From IMG/VR virus record IMGVR_UViG_3300032770_000018, positions 14,137 to 78,136 of that record: a stretch of DNA of 64,000 nt; one strand, written 5' to 3'. Of this stretch, positions 8,533 to 17,838 are shown in pieces (positions within the stretch are counted from its first letter, which is position 1; every line of letters starts with the position of its first letter). Origin of the DNA: a virus. The translations under genes were made by a program, and so were the position numbers. Under the pieces are notes generated by a model. It did not search any database and was not told the origin of the DNA. It worked only from the letters and a program-made list of their open reading frames with translations.

Positions 8533-9560
8533 GTTGCTGCCTTTTGTTGAATTTTCTCGTTAAGTTTGGCGATCACCTGTTTTAACCGCTCGACACCGAG
8601 ATCGCCAAGTATTTCGGTGTCGGAAATGTAGTTTTCGTCGAGGAGGAACTGGTTGACCTTCGGCATGACCGCCGCGCGGTCGGTCTTGCTGGCGTCCGCC
8701 GGCAGGTTGTGGATCGCGTGAATCAGCGGGTGGGCCCATATGGCCTTGGCCAGCTCGCCGCGTTCGGTCTTCGACGGTCCGGCCGCCGGAACATTCGCCG
8801 GCGCGCCCGAGGATTTAGACCCGCACCAGGCCGCAATCTTCTGCCCGTGCTCATAGGTGAGCTGCGTCTTCTCGTCGGGCAGGCAATGGAAAAGATCCTC
8901 GTGGGTGATTTTGGTGACGTGGCAGAAGCCGCCCTTGCCGTCTTTGGCGAAAACCTCAACGTTTATGAGCATCTCGAAGATGAACCGCGGGTCAGCAATC
9001 GGCGTGGTGAACTCGTCGGTAACCACTTCCATGCCACGCTGACCCTTTACCATGTGGGTTTTTTCCTGGGCGCGGAGGCAGCAGATGACGGGCAGTGGGC
9101 AGCGAAGCAGGTATTGGACGAAAAACTTATGCTCCTGCTTGGGCTTTATCCAGGCGGCCATCTTGCATTTCTCGCGCTTGCCCCAATCGTCGCCGGCCAT
9201 GCGGTGGAGTTCAGCCTCCTGCATATCCAGCACGCCGCCCTCGCCGTCCCACTCGTGGGTCATCGAGTCAACGACCACGATGTCGGAATCCTTGGCCGCC
9301 AGTTCGACAGCCGCTTTGTAGCGCGCGGGCGAGAACGGAGCGTCGAAGTTGAGCACGCGGTAGCCGCCTGGGATGACATCGGCAAAAATACTCCCACGTC
9401 GGTTTTCGGTGTCGATGAGGGTGATTTTTCCAGCGGGACCGACGATGCCGCGCGCCAAGATGAGAGCCGATCGGGTTTTGCCGCCGCCGCTTTTGCCGTA
9501 GGTGCCGATGAGGGGTTTAACCACGCCGCGCGTGGCCGTTTCAACGGTGAAGTCAGCCAT
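8529..9560 (-). CDS. Sak4-like (AAA_24) recombination ATPase
   Basis: YGKSGGGKTRSAL, IDTE, VVVDSMTHEW. Confidence 0.85.
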   Translation of the reverse strand: MADFTVETATRGVVKPLIGTYGKSGGGKTRSALILARGIVGPAGKITLIDTENRRGSIFADVIPGGYRVLNFDAPFSPARYKAAVELAAKDSDIVVVDSMTHEWDGEGGVLDMQEAELHRMAGDDWGKREKCKMAAWIKPKQEHKFFVQYLLRCPLPVICCLRAQEKTHMVKGQRGMEVVTDEFTTPIADPRFIFEMLINVEVFAKDGKGGFCHVTKITHEDLFHCLPDEKTQLTYEHGQKIAAWCGSKSSGAPANVPAAGPSKTERGELAKAIWAHPLIHAIHNLPADASKTDRAAVMPKVNQFLLDENYISDTEILGDLGVERLKQVIAKLNEKIQQKAAT

Positions 9561-9615
9561 AAGAGGAATTTAATGGGATAGAATCAGTTTCAAATTTCAC
9601 AGTTCACTGTAAAGC

Positions 9616-9644
9616 GTTTTAACCCATGACGCGCGAAGGCGCAA
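9616..9644 (-). promoter_or_regulatory. Sigma70-like promoter of the leftward replication/recombination operon
   Basis: TTGCGC-17 nt-TAAAAC on the minus strand in an AT-rich divergent intergenic region. Confidence 0.45.
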
Positions 9645-9697
9645 GCGAAATTTTGCGGCTTGCTCGGCGCCGGCCGTTTCGGTAATCGGAGGGTCGC

Positions 9698-10780
9698 TTG
9701 AAGACCTCAACGCTCTGGGTGGTTCGCGGCCGGGAGCCCGTGCTTTGGACAATTCCGGTGTTTGTCGAGTGGCACGACAAGACGGCGATCATCCGGCCGG
9801 CGGTGGTGCTCAACGGGATGCAGGGCCACGCGCTGCTGGCGACGGTCAACAAATGGGGAAAGATCGAGGACGGCAACTACATCATTCGCGAGTCGGCGCT
9901 CCGGCAGTGCGCGGAGGAGATCCCGCCGGAGGAAAACGCGGAGATGCACTTTTCCTGGGAGCGCGTCCGGGCGCCCCAGCGCACGCGCTACAACGCACCA
10001 GAGGACCAGGAACGCCGCGAATTCCTGGATGAACTGCACCTTTCGGGCGCCTGGCGGCCGTTCTGCTCCCGGCGCGAGGAGGTCGACTACGTGTTTCACG
10101 CGCTGTGCCGGTTCATGCTGGATTGGCTGGTAAACCAGGAGAAACCGGTGGACCTGCACTTCGCCAAACTGCACAACTGGCCCTGGCGCCAGAACTTCGC
10201 CGACGCGATCTACCGGCGCGAGAAGGCGTACGACCTGCGGCCGAGGGAATTGATGCGCAAGTACGGCCCCCAGGAGGCCTGTGAGATTGAGGTCAACGCC
10301 CGGCTGCGGCACGCAATGCTGACCGGCCCGTTTTTCAGGATGATCGACGGAGACGTGATGGGAAGAGCCCTCTTTATCGAACCAACGCGGGCCTGGCACT
10401 CGCTGATTAAACGGATTGAACGGACCCGGTTCGAGGTGCTAAAGGAACAGGCGTATGCGGACCAGTTTATCCTCTCAGCCTCCCGGCAATGGCCCAGAGT
10501 GGCAAGATTCCTGGCTTCCTGGCTGGCGTCTAGCCTTCAATCATCGCCGATCCTTCTGGAAAGCGCTTCGAGTGGCTATCACCGGTTCGTTTCGAGGGCT
10601 CTCCTTCGGTCTGGCGATAAGGCGCTCATTAAACGCCTCTTTGTCACTATGCGCCTTGCTGGTTTTAAGAGCCCGGACTCGCGCAGATCCAAAAAGACCG
10701 TCGTACGCGCAAAGGCTCGAGCGATGCCGCCAGTGCCCCATGTTCAACCCGGAACTCCAGACCTGCGGAACGGCGCGTGA
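9698..10780 (+). CDS. Hypothetical protein
   Basis: 360-aa ORF (TTG start), strong GC3 bias in the 5' two-thirds. Confidence 0.7.
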   Translation: MKTSTLWVVRGREPVLWTIPVFVEWHDKTAIIRPAVVLNGMQGHALLATVNKWGKIEDGNYIIRESALRQCAEEIPPEENAEMHFSWERVRAPQRTRYNAPEDQERREFLDELHLSGAWRPFCSRREEVDYVFHALCRFMLDWLVNQEKPVDLHFAKLHNWPWRQNFADAIYRREKAYDLRPRELMRKYGPQEACEIEVNARLRHAMLTGPFFRMIDGDVMGRALFIEPTRAWHSLIKRIERTRFEVLKEQAYADQFILSASRQWPRVARFLASWLASSLQSSPILLESASSGYHRFVSRALLRSGDKALIKRLFVTMRLAGFKSPDSRRSKKTVVRAKARAMPPVPHVQPGTPDLRNGA

Positions 10781-10940
10781 GACCTTCTTTAGCCCCAGTG
10801 CCAGGCAGGTGCTACCGCTCGGCTGCTGGTGCTATATGCCGATCAAGGCGGCTCTGCGGTGCAACTGCTGGTTGTATGACGTGAGCGCTGGTCAGGCGGG
10901 CTGGCCGCCGGAACTGAACGACTACCCACATGAGTTCTGA
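10455..10940 (+). CDS. Cys-rich putative metal-binding protein overlapping the upstream gene (start uncertain)
   Basis: RLERCRQC...TCG...GCWCYMPIKA..RCNCW. Confidence 0.65.
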   Translation: MRTSLSSQPPGNGPEWQDSWLPGWRLAFNHRRSFWKALRVAITGSFRGLSFGLAIRRSLNASLSLCALLVLRARTRADPKRPSYAQRLERCRQCPMFNPELQTCGTARETFFSPSARQVLPLGCWCYMPIKAALRCNCWLYDVSAGQAGWPPELNDYPHEF

Positions 10941-11472
10941 AATTGTAAAAGTCGCCAACGGACATCAGGTCCAGGTCGAGGTTGACCTGGAAGAGCCGGC
11001 AATGAGCGATGATCTGCTGGTCGAGACCCTCAAACGCTGCGGCTGCGCCACCTTCGGACCAACGAGGATAAAGGACCTGGCCAGAATCGGCGTCCATCTG
11101 CGGGGCGTTGGGGTGACGAAGATCCAGCGTGGCGCCGTGATGGTGGATCTCGGGAAAGTGGATGAGGTGATCGACGTGGTCCGTGGGATGTTGGGCGCCA
11201 GGGTGGAAAAGTCGGGGAAGGGGACAATCCGCGACCTGGCGGTGCTGACATCCGCTTTTGGGATGCTGATGAAGACCAAAACGGATGTCCAACGATTGGC
11301 CCTTGAGGTCGAGCAGGCGGCGTCGCCGGGCAAGACCATCGAGGAACCGCCCGGGCCGGCCCAGAACTTCGCGCCGGGCAAGCGAATATCCCCCCGCGGC
11401 GGCGGCAACCAGACCTTGGTGCTGGCCCATAACGCCAACGTTTACCCAGACGGCAAGCCAGGGAAGCCTTAG
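10930..11472 (+). CDS. Hypothetical protein
   Basis: 180-aa ORF with typical codon usage. Confidence 0.7.
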   Translation: MSSEIVKVANGHQVQVEVDLEEPAMSDDLLVETLKRCGCATFGPTRIKDLARIGVHLRGVGVTKIQRGAVMVDLGKVDEVIDVVRGMLGARVEKSGKGTIRDLAVLTSAFGMLMKTKTDVQRLALEVEQAASPGKTIEEPPGPAQNFAPGKRISPRGGGNQTLVLAHNANVYPDGKPGKP

Positions 11473-11515
11473 AAAACCGTTGCAGGCAAAAAAGAGGTGT
11501 GCGTAATGTGCGCCC

Positions 11516-11749
11516 ATGAATGGCGATGGATACGCACCAAATTACACGGTTCCAAACTTCAGCCACCCAGAGCCCAGTAACGTTGGCGTCGTTAGCGCCG
11601 GCAGCGGCCTTGAGCAGGGCGCGTACGGAGGGATCGCTCCGACCGACACGCCAAGCGGCCCGACTGAGCGGGTGGACACCGACACCGGCAAGGTCTGGTA
11701 CTTCGTTGACGGCGAATGGGTCTTCAGCGGCATCACTCTCAGCCTATGA
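11516..11749 (+). CDS. Small hypothetical protein (possible virion accessory)
   Basis: DTDTGKVWYFVDGEW resembles DDDTGTVWIFENGGW in 37605..38492; ATGA-coupled to the next gene. Confidence 0.6.
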   Translation: MNGDGYAPNYTVPNFSHPEPSNVGVVSAGSGLEQGAYGGIAPTDTPSGPTERVDTDTGKVWYFVDGEWVFSGITLSL

Positions 11750-13428
11750 AAAAACTACTCTGCACGCTTCTGGCGTCGGCCTCGCTCTGCGTGTTTGGCT
11801 CTGGCCTTCCAACATTCACCGGAATTGTGAAGGGAGACGGCTCGGGCCTAACGAATCTCAATCCTTTGTCGCTGCCACAGAGCCTGCCAGTGGGCAATAC
11901 CAATGCGATTATCGTCACCGGCCTGGGGGCCAACTTTGTGACATGGCTTAACGGGGTCAACGGCCCGGCAACCAACCTGACGGCTGCCAACGGCACGTAC
12001 TACGTGAGCAACAGCCTGGGCTTTGCCTATCTGCCAGGAACCACCTTTGCGATTGACCTGACTGTGTTTGTGCTGTCGAACGCGGTGTTCGCGGAGGACC
12101 TGAACAACGTGACGGTGCTGGCTACGGTGGCTTTGCCGGCTGCCAACCCGGCTCAGCCAGGCAGCGAGGTTGGGAGCATGACTCAGGGGACCGCGGACGG
12201 CAATGGCGCGTCCTACCCGGGATGCTCGATCAGTTACCGGAGCAACAGCGCGAACTTTTTCCCGGCCGCAACAAGTCAGGAGTTTTTCCAGTACCTTCGC
12301 GACGCGCTCAAACCGATGGCGAGTGCGCTGCTCTCCTCAAATCTTTTCAGCGCCACCAGCGGAACGCTCAAAGGTTACAGTTTGCTGAGTGGAGGCTATC
12401 CATCAGTCGGCACGTACACCTTTGTTGGCGACACCTACACCGCCGTCCCCGGTTGCTTAGACGCGATGAGCGTAGCGTCTTTGTCAAATCAGGTGAGCCG
12501 CTACATGGGGCTGGCCACGAATGGTTTTCCTTTTTTGTACGATTCGCTCCTCGCTGATTCGTCCCTGAGTGGGTACCCGGGGAGTCCACCGCTCACGAAC
12601 CTGATGTGCGCAGGTTTCCTGGGTTACGTGCAGATCGTGTACGACCTGTGGCAAGCGTCTGGTAAGGCGCCGTGGGTGTGGGGCGCCTTTGGTGGGAATG
12701 TGACGAACTTGCTCAGCACGACCAACGTCATCAACCACTTAACCTTTTCCTACAAGCAGGCGCAGCATCCGCTGGATGACGACGCGACGATGGACGCGTT
12801 CTATGACGGCCCGGATTATTTCTGCCTGGGCAGCGTGTTCCGGTGGGTGGCGTTGCAGCAAGCGGCGGAGATGGCTGACAGCGGCTACCATCCACTGGAC
12901 GCAACCGCGTTTCGGAACGAGTCGGGCCTGCTCAAATCGAACTTGGTAGCGATTCTCTGGGACAATACGGCTGGGCTGTTCAAGGCGGGGACAAATGCCT
13001 CGACACATGCTCACTGGCACAATATCCCCGCTAACCTGATGGCGGCGCGACTGGGGATCGGTTACGGGACCAACCAGGCGGCGATACTGTCCAACACGGT
13101 GGCTTTTTACGGCAAGGGCTCGTGGTCTGACGCTTGGGCGCAGGTGTATCACTATCCCACGAATGAAGTGACGCCGTACACGGGCGCAATCTCTGCCCCG
13201 TGGTCTTATCCTTACCTCTACTGGGCGGATGAGTACGGCGGCTGCCTGGAGTTGACGCGTCCCGACCTCGCTCAAGCCTACTGGCTGCAATGGGCAACGC
13301 ATTTCCTGACGATTGGGGACACTGACCCGATTGTTGGGGGTGGTGTGCGCAGTCCGAACTTTTTCAAGCCTTACGCGCACATCCGGTGGCGTGCGGGCGA
13401 TGCGGCGGCATTTAATTGCCCAAAATGA
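11746..13428 (+). CDS. Signal-peptide protein with tail-fibre motif and putative (alpha/alpha)-barrel glycosidase-like C-terminal domain
   Basis: MKKLLCTLLASASLCVFG; GDGSGLTNL tail-fibre motif; LKSNLVAILWDNTAGLF...ANLMAARLG resembles six-hairpin glycosidases. Confidence 0.6.
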   Translation: MKKLLCTLLASASLCVFGSGLPTFTGIVKGDGSGLTNLNPLSLPQSLPVGNTNAIIVTGLGANFVTWLNGVNGPATNLTAANGTYYVSNSLGFAYLPGTTFAIDLTVFVLSNAVFAEDLNNVTVLATVALPAANPAQPGSEVGSMTQGTADGNGASYPGCSISYRSNSANFFPAATSQEFFQYLRDALKPMASALLSSNLFSATSGTLKGYSLLSGGYPSVGTYTFVGDTYTAVPGCLDAMSVASLSNQVSRYMGLATNGFPFLYDSLLADSSLSGYPGSPPLTNLMCAGFLGYVQIVYDLWQASGKAPWVWGAFGGNVTNLLSTTNVINHLTFSYKQAQHPLDDDATMDAFYDGPDYFCLGSVFRWVALQQAAEMADSGYHPLDATAFRNESGLLKSNLVAILWDNTAGLFKAGTNASTHAHWHNIPANLMAARLGIGYGTNQAAILSNTVAFYGKGSWSDAWAQVYHYPTNEVTPYTGAISAPWSYPYLYWADEYGGCLELTRPDLAQAYWLQWATHFLTIGDTDPIVGGGVRSPNFFKPYAHIRWRAGDAAAFNCPK

Positions 13429-14018
13429 CCCGTCTCCTCACTATCCTCCTTTGCCTATTCGCCTTCGCGGGCGTGACGCAGACGAATCACATCACACACT
13501 TGTGGCAGGTGCAGGCCATCGGCGCGGCGAAGCGGGAAGGCCCTCACGCCTACAGCATGATGATGCAATCACTCGGACTGGTGCCCCCACCAAGGACCAA
13601 TCCGCCTGTCTTGCTCGCGGCGTGGACGGCCTCCATTGACCCGCTGGCTACCAGCAATCGAATCTATGCGGTGTCTGGCGGTAAGACCAATGTCACAGCC
13701 ACGAGCAACACCAACGAGGCCGCGCTCGTCATCACCAATCGAACTAGCCTGACCGTGACCGCCGTTGACACCGTGAGTAAGCGCGAGAGTCTGCCGTCGA
13801 ACACGGTTCACTACCCCGGCACGGCTGTTCTCCAATTCAGCAGCAAGACCGGAACAAATGTTGAGTTCACATCGGCATTCGCCGCCAAGCCACGTTGGGG
13901 CGTCACTAACTCCACCGTGACTATCAGCAACCCGCCACTCGCGGGCCTCGGTCAATTCTACCGCGCCATCGGGGGGATGAACCCGCCAAAGCGGTGGATA
14001 GATTACAACGGGCCATGA
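13425..14018 (+). CDS. Signal-peptide, FN3-like protein with C-terminal FYR motif
   Basis: MTRLLTILLCLFAFAG; VTAVDTVSKRESLPSN (FN3 last strands); GQFYRA. Confidence 0.65.
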   Translation: MTRLLTILLCLFAFAGVTQTNHITHLWQVQAIGAAKREGPHAYSMMMQSLGLVPPPRTNPPVLLAAWTASIDPLATSNRIYAVSGGKTNVTATSNTNEAALVITNRTSLTVTAVDTVSKRESLPSNTVHYPGTAVLQFSSKTGTNVEFTSAFAAKPRWGVTNSTVTISNPPLAGLGQFYRAIGGMNPPKRWIDYNGP

Positions 14019-14257
14019 CTGCCATCGAGAGAAACCAACCGCTAGACGTGCTGGACATTGAAATCATCCGGCACCGGGGCTATCAGGATGCACCTGACAA
14101 GGAACTTGCTGTGGTCCTAGGAATAACACGCCCCGCAATGGAGGCGAGGTTGAAAAAGCTTCGACGCATTTTCGGGCGCTGCGACCACCTGTTCATGCAC
14201 CAGCTTGCCACCGCTTTTGGTCTGGCCCCTGTAATGCCCGTGATTTATGCCTCCTAA
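14015..14257 (+). CDS. Small HTH (LuxR/sigma region 4-like) protein
   Basis: PDKELAVVLGITRPAMEARLKKLR. Confidence 0.6.
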   Translation: MTAIERNQPLDVLDIEIIRHRGYQDAPDKELAVVLGITRPAMEARLKKLRRIFGRCDHLFMHQLATAFGLAPVMPVIYAS

Positions 14258-14498
14258 CAACCAGTCCCTCGAAATCGTGACCATCGTGCTCAGTGTCGGC
14301 TCGATCACGTTTCCAATCCTATTCGGGTTCATTATTTGGAAGATGATGAAGATTTTCGTCACCCGCGAGAGCTTTGACGATTACAAGAAGCTGGCGGACA
14401 CGCAGCGGGCAGCTTTGGTGGATTCAAATATCAGGATCGAGAAGAAGTTGGACCTGCTGGTTGAGGCCCAAATGAACGGCAGAAGTCATGCGCGATGA
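14247..14498 (+). CDS. Single-TM plus coiled-coil protein (holin-like)
   Basis: IVTIVLSVGSITFPILFGFIIW then RIEKKLDLL. Confidence 0.6.
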   Translation: MPPNNQSLEIVTIVLSVGSITFPILFGFIIWKMMKIFVTRESFDDYKKLADTQRAALVDSNIRIEKKLDLLVEAQMNGRSHAR

Positions 14499-14716
14499 AC
14501 AAGATCGAGGCTTACCTCTTGACCTGTCAGACCTCAGCGATTTGCGTGATCATCATTTCGGCGCTGGCTATCGTCGGATGGCTCTCGGGAGCTATCAGGC
14601 TCGCGTCATGGGGAAGCGCGGTGCCAATGTCTTTGCCGACAGCGGTTTGCTTCATTGCTATAGCGGTCAACGGGTTTCTTTTGGCCGAGTCGTTTCGGGT
14701 AACACGCAAGGAATAA
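14495..14716 (+). CDS. Two-TM small membrane protein
   Basis: Two hydrophobic segments; ATGA-coupled. Confidence 0.55.
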   Translation: MNKIEAYLLTCQTSAICVIIISALAIVGWLSGAIRLASWGSAVPMSLPTAVCFIAIAVNGFLLAESFRVTRKE

Positions 14717-14717
14717 A

Positions 14718-15050
14718 ATGACCAACAGCACGCGCAAATGGCTTCGGGCTGGGATTGAGACCTTCATCCACGGCGGGGCGGCGGCAGTCGGAGGCGGCGT
14801 CGGCGCGGCTGCCATTGACTCGATCAACTTCGGGCTCTGCACGGCCAAGTCGTGGAAGCTCATGGGGTCGTGCTTTCTGGTAAACGGTATGCTCCGGTTC
14901 TTTCAGTGGTGGAGCAACAACCCGCTGCCAATGGACTCTAACCCGCCTTTCCCGATTGCGCCAGCCATCAGCCTAAACCCTCTGGCAAAGGTCCAGACGA
15001 TTGCGCCGCAGCCGCCTGCACCGGGACCGGAGCCCGCGCCGAAGCCATGA
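14718..15050 (+). CDS. Holin-like membrane protein
   Basis: KWLRAGIETFIHGGAAAVGG..., second hydrophobic segment, NNPLP, Pro-rich tail. Confidence 0.55.
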   Translation: MTNSTRKWLRAGIETFIHGGAAAVGGGVGAAAIDSINFGLCTAKSWKLMGSCFLVNGMLRFFQWWSNNPLPMDSNPPFPIAPAISLNPLAKVQTIAPQPPAPGPEPAPKP

Positions 15051-15111
15051 TCACCCGCAAAGAGCTTATCCGCATCATCATCGGCCTGGCGGTGATTGCG
15101 CCAAACCATGC

Positions 15112-15140
15112 TTGACGCTATTCTGCTTTTGACCTATGCT
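15112..15140 (+). promoter_or_regulatory. Sigma70 promoter for the PAPS-reductase-like gene
   Basis: TTGACG-17 nt-TATGCT. Confidence 0.55.
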
Positions 15141-15248
15141 TTTCTCGCTTTGAGTGACGCACAAAAACCTTTGCCGTCTGCCGCGTTGGAAACTTCGCAA
15201 GTCGTATCCTCAAAGCACGCGGCGGACGGCGCTTTGGTTTCAAAGAGC

Positions 15249-16283
15249 ATGAGCGAACCGATCCACATAATTAGCCTCGGCGCTGGCGTGCAGTCTTCAA
15301 CGGATGCTCTGATGGCCAGCGAAGGGGAATCCCCGCCGATGCCGGACTTGGGTTGTTTTGCCGACACACAACGGGAGCCCCTGAGTGTTTATCTGTGGCT
15401 CTCAAAACTATGTGGCGTACAAGTGCGGTTCCGTCCAAATGGAAGGCCATACGTCGAACCGGGCGTTTACCACTCTGGCCTTCTTAAATTTCCAGTTCAC
15501 ATTGTCACAAAAGGCGACATCGGAGAAGATGCGCTGCGGGTGAGAAAGCGCAAGGACGGCAATGGTTCATGGGTGCGCAGTGGAGTTCCTCACTACAGCA
15601 TCAATGCTGATGGATTAAAAGGCCACGGACCTAGGCAATGCACGTATGATTTCAAAATTATACCGTTAGAGCAGGAGCAACGCCGATTGATTGGCAAAGA
15701 CAAGATGAGAGTATGGCGCAAGAGGCACCGATCAGCTTTGAAGGAAATTGCCAAACACGAGAAAGAACTGTCGGTGTGGAAGCGTGCAAAAAAGGCAGGG
15801 TTGCCGCATTCTCCGGTTGCTCCATTAAGACCAGAGGTGGCGTGGGCAGAATGTCAAGCAGACCCGCTTGTCGTGGTCCGTATTGGCATTTCCACAGACG
15901 AGGCAGGCCGCGCAAAGCCATCACGGATTCCTTGGGCAGTTCATCGTTGGCCGCATTTAGAGAGGGGCACGAACCGGGATGGATGCGTCGAATGGTTAGC
16001 CGCCCGAAATCTTAAAGCTCCGAAATCAGCTTGCGAATTTTGCCCATACCATGATGACGATGAATGGATCAGATTGAGGGATGTCGAACCGGAGAGCTTT
16101 GCCCGAGCTGTGCAATTCGATTATGCCTACCGCGCAGCGAAAATAAAAACTGTTTCACAAAAAGGCTTCAAGCCTTATTTACACAACAGCAGAGTCCCGC
16201 TGGACAAGGTTAAATTCCAGAAATTGCAAGGCAAACAACTGACGATGTTTAACAACGAGTGCCAAGGGATGTGCGGGGTATGA
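15249..16283 (+). CDS. PAPS-reductase-like (adenine nucleotide alpha-hydrolase) protein 1
   Basis: ISLGAGVQSS PP-loop, FADTQRE, CTYDFKI, GISTDE..R, KSACEFCPYH, ECQGMCGV; ATG at 15249. Confidence 0.85.
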   Translation: MSEPIHIISLGAGVQSSTDALMASEGESPPMPDLGCFADTQREPLSVYLWLSKLCGVQVRFRPNGRPYVEPGVYHSGLLKFPVHIVTKGDIGEDALRVRKRKDGNGSWVRSGVPHYSINADGLKGHGPRQCTYDFKIIPLEQEQRRLIGKDKMRVWRKRHRSALKEIAKHEKELSVWKRAKKAGLPHSPVAPLRPEVAWAECQADPLVVVRIGISTDEAGRAKPSRIPWAVHRWPHLERGTNRDGCVEWLAARNLKAPKSACEFCPYHDDDEWIRLRDVEPESFARAVQFDYAYRAAKIKTVSQKGFKPYLHNSRVPLDKVKFQKLQGKQLTMFNNECQGMCGV

Positions 16284-16452
16284 AACTCGCCAAAACCATC
16301 CTCACCCTGCTCGCAGCCGGAGCCGTCGTCTGGTTCGTCGTCTGGCTGCTGACGGGTGCGTTCACTGGCCGGGCAAGGACGACACCGAATACGATTCGTC
16401 TGGACAATTTCACCCGTATCACCCAACCTCACTGAATAGCACGAACAAATGA
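16280..16452 (+). pseudogene. Probable lipoprotein gene broken by a 1-nt frameshift at the lipobox (or assembly error)
   Basis: MKLAKTILTLLAAGAVVWFVVWLLTG; adding 1 nt in ACGGGTGC gives LLTG-CVHWPGKDD...STNK ending in an ATGA overlap with 16449. Confidence 0.45.
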
Positions 16453-16673
16453 ATGGGCCTTCATATTGCGAGACTTGCGGCTCGTGGCCAGCGAGAGAAA
16501 CAGCCAAGGGCCTTCGCTGCCACATTTTCGAGTGCCGTGACCTTGCCGCGGAACACCCCGTACCGTTACCAAATGACGCACAAATGCTCAAAGACTTGGC
16601 GGAAATCGGGGTTGCTGGTGCGCAGCAAAAGCTCAATGAGATGATTTTGGACGCGGTCTTCACTCCACTGTAA
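16449..16673 (+). CDS. Small Cys-containing hypothetical protein
   Basis: CETC...CHIFEC. Confidence 0.55.
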   Translation: MNGPSYCETCGSWPARETAKGLRCHIFECRDLAAEHPVPLPNDAQMLKDLAEIGVAGAQQKLNEMILDAVFTPL

Positions 16674-16699
16674 CAACAACTCAAACTGAAAGGTTCAAA

Positions 16700-17269
16700 A
16701 TGAAAAAACTGTTCGTAATAGCATCCATCGTCGCACTGTGCGGCCTGCCAGTGAAGGCTCAAACCAACACCACCCTGCCGACGGCCCCGCAGCCAAGCCC
16801 GCAGCAAAGCTGGCTGGTCAACGCCCTCAGCCTGCACAATCCCACGTTGGAGTACTTCACCAATGACATTTCGGTGGAGTTGGAGCAGGCCGCCAAGATT
16901 GATTCGGCGCTCCCTGGCACGCTCCAAAGTACTACTCTCGACCTCTGGAAGCGGATCGGCACTTCCACCGAACTGGGCGGTGATGCTGAAATTGACACGC
17001 TCGGAGTCGACAACGACATCAACGGCATTTTCGGCCACGTTGATCTGCGTCTGGATTGGGACAACATCGCCGGCGGACTTAGCCTCGGCGGTGGCCGGCA
17101 AATCACGTTGCAGACCACTCGAATCGAGGGCGGCTTCTTTGCCGAATACCGAGTGATACCCAACGTCGGCGCAAATCTCCGGTGGTACGCCGGATACCAG
17201 CCAGACGGTGTGGCAAAGAAAGCCTACACGGCTTTGCTTTTGGGCATCACGGTCGGCCTGGGCAAGTAA
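16700..17269 (+). CDS. Secreted, putative outer-membrane beta-barrel protein
   Basis: MKKLFVIASIVALCGLPVKAQ signal; alternating amphipathic strands (GHVDLRLDW, GFFAEYRV, ANLRWYAGY, LLGITVGL). Confidence 0.6.
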   Translation: MKKLFVIASIVALCGLPVKAQTNTTLPTAPQPSPQQSWLVNALSLHNPTLEYFTNDISVELEQAAKIDSALPGTLQSTTLDLWKRIGTSTELGGDAEIDTLGVDNDINGIFGHVDLRLDWDNIAGGLSLGGGRQITLQTTRIEGGFFAEYRVIPNVGANLRWYAGYQPDGVAKKAYTALLLGITVGLGK

Positions 17270-17286
17270 TCTGATTCCCGCGAAGT

Positions 17287-17838
17287 ATGGAAATCGCCCA
17301 GTACAAGGGCAGGACATTTAATCCATCCAGGATCATCGAGTTCCTCACGCGCGGCCCGTACTCCCATTCGGCTTTTCACTTTGACGAGCACGCCAGCGTG
17401 GTGGCCGCTCAACTTGTCCGGTCGGAAACGCCAATGGGAGACCTGAGGTGGATCAGTGAGGGAAGCGTGGTCGAAGCGTGGCCCCCAAAGCTGCGCTCCG
17501 TCGAATCGCTCAGCGCCCAACACGATCCTGGAACGGTGGTAGACATCTTTGGCTACGATCCACCGCTCAGTGGCACCGAGGAGGCGGCGCTCATTAGGCT
17601 CATCATCCCAGAGATCGGCACGCCCTACGACTGGAAGGACGTGCTGCGCTTCGTCACCCGCCGGAGACCCAAGCCGGAGGACCTGGAGCGGACATGGTTT
17701 TGCTCTGAGTTTGTCACCGAACTGTCCCGCAAGATCGGGCGCCCGTTCTTCAACCAGACCGAATCCTGGGAGGTTCCCCCATCATGGGTGCAACGCACTC
17801 GCGCGCTCAAATACCTGCGCACTGAGACAACAACCTGA
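17287..17838 (+). CDS. Permuted papain-like NlpC/P60 (YiiX/YebB-like) amidase
   Basis: YSHSAF (His) precedes GTPYDW and WFCSEFV (Cys). Confidence 0.85.
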   Translation: MEIAQYKGRTFNPSRIIEFLTRGPYSHSAFHFDEHASVVAAQLVRSETPMGDLRWISEGSVVEAWPPKLRSVESLSAQHDPGTVVDIFGYDPPLSGTEEAALIRLIIPEIGTPYDWKDVLRFVTRRRPKPEDLERTWFCSEFVTELSRKIGRPFFNQTESWEVPPSWVQRTRALKYLRTETTT

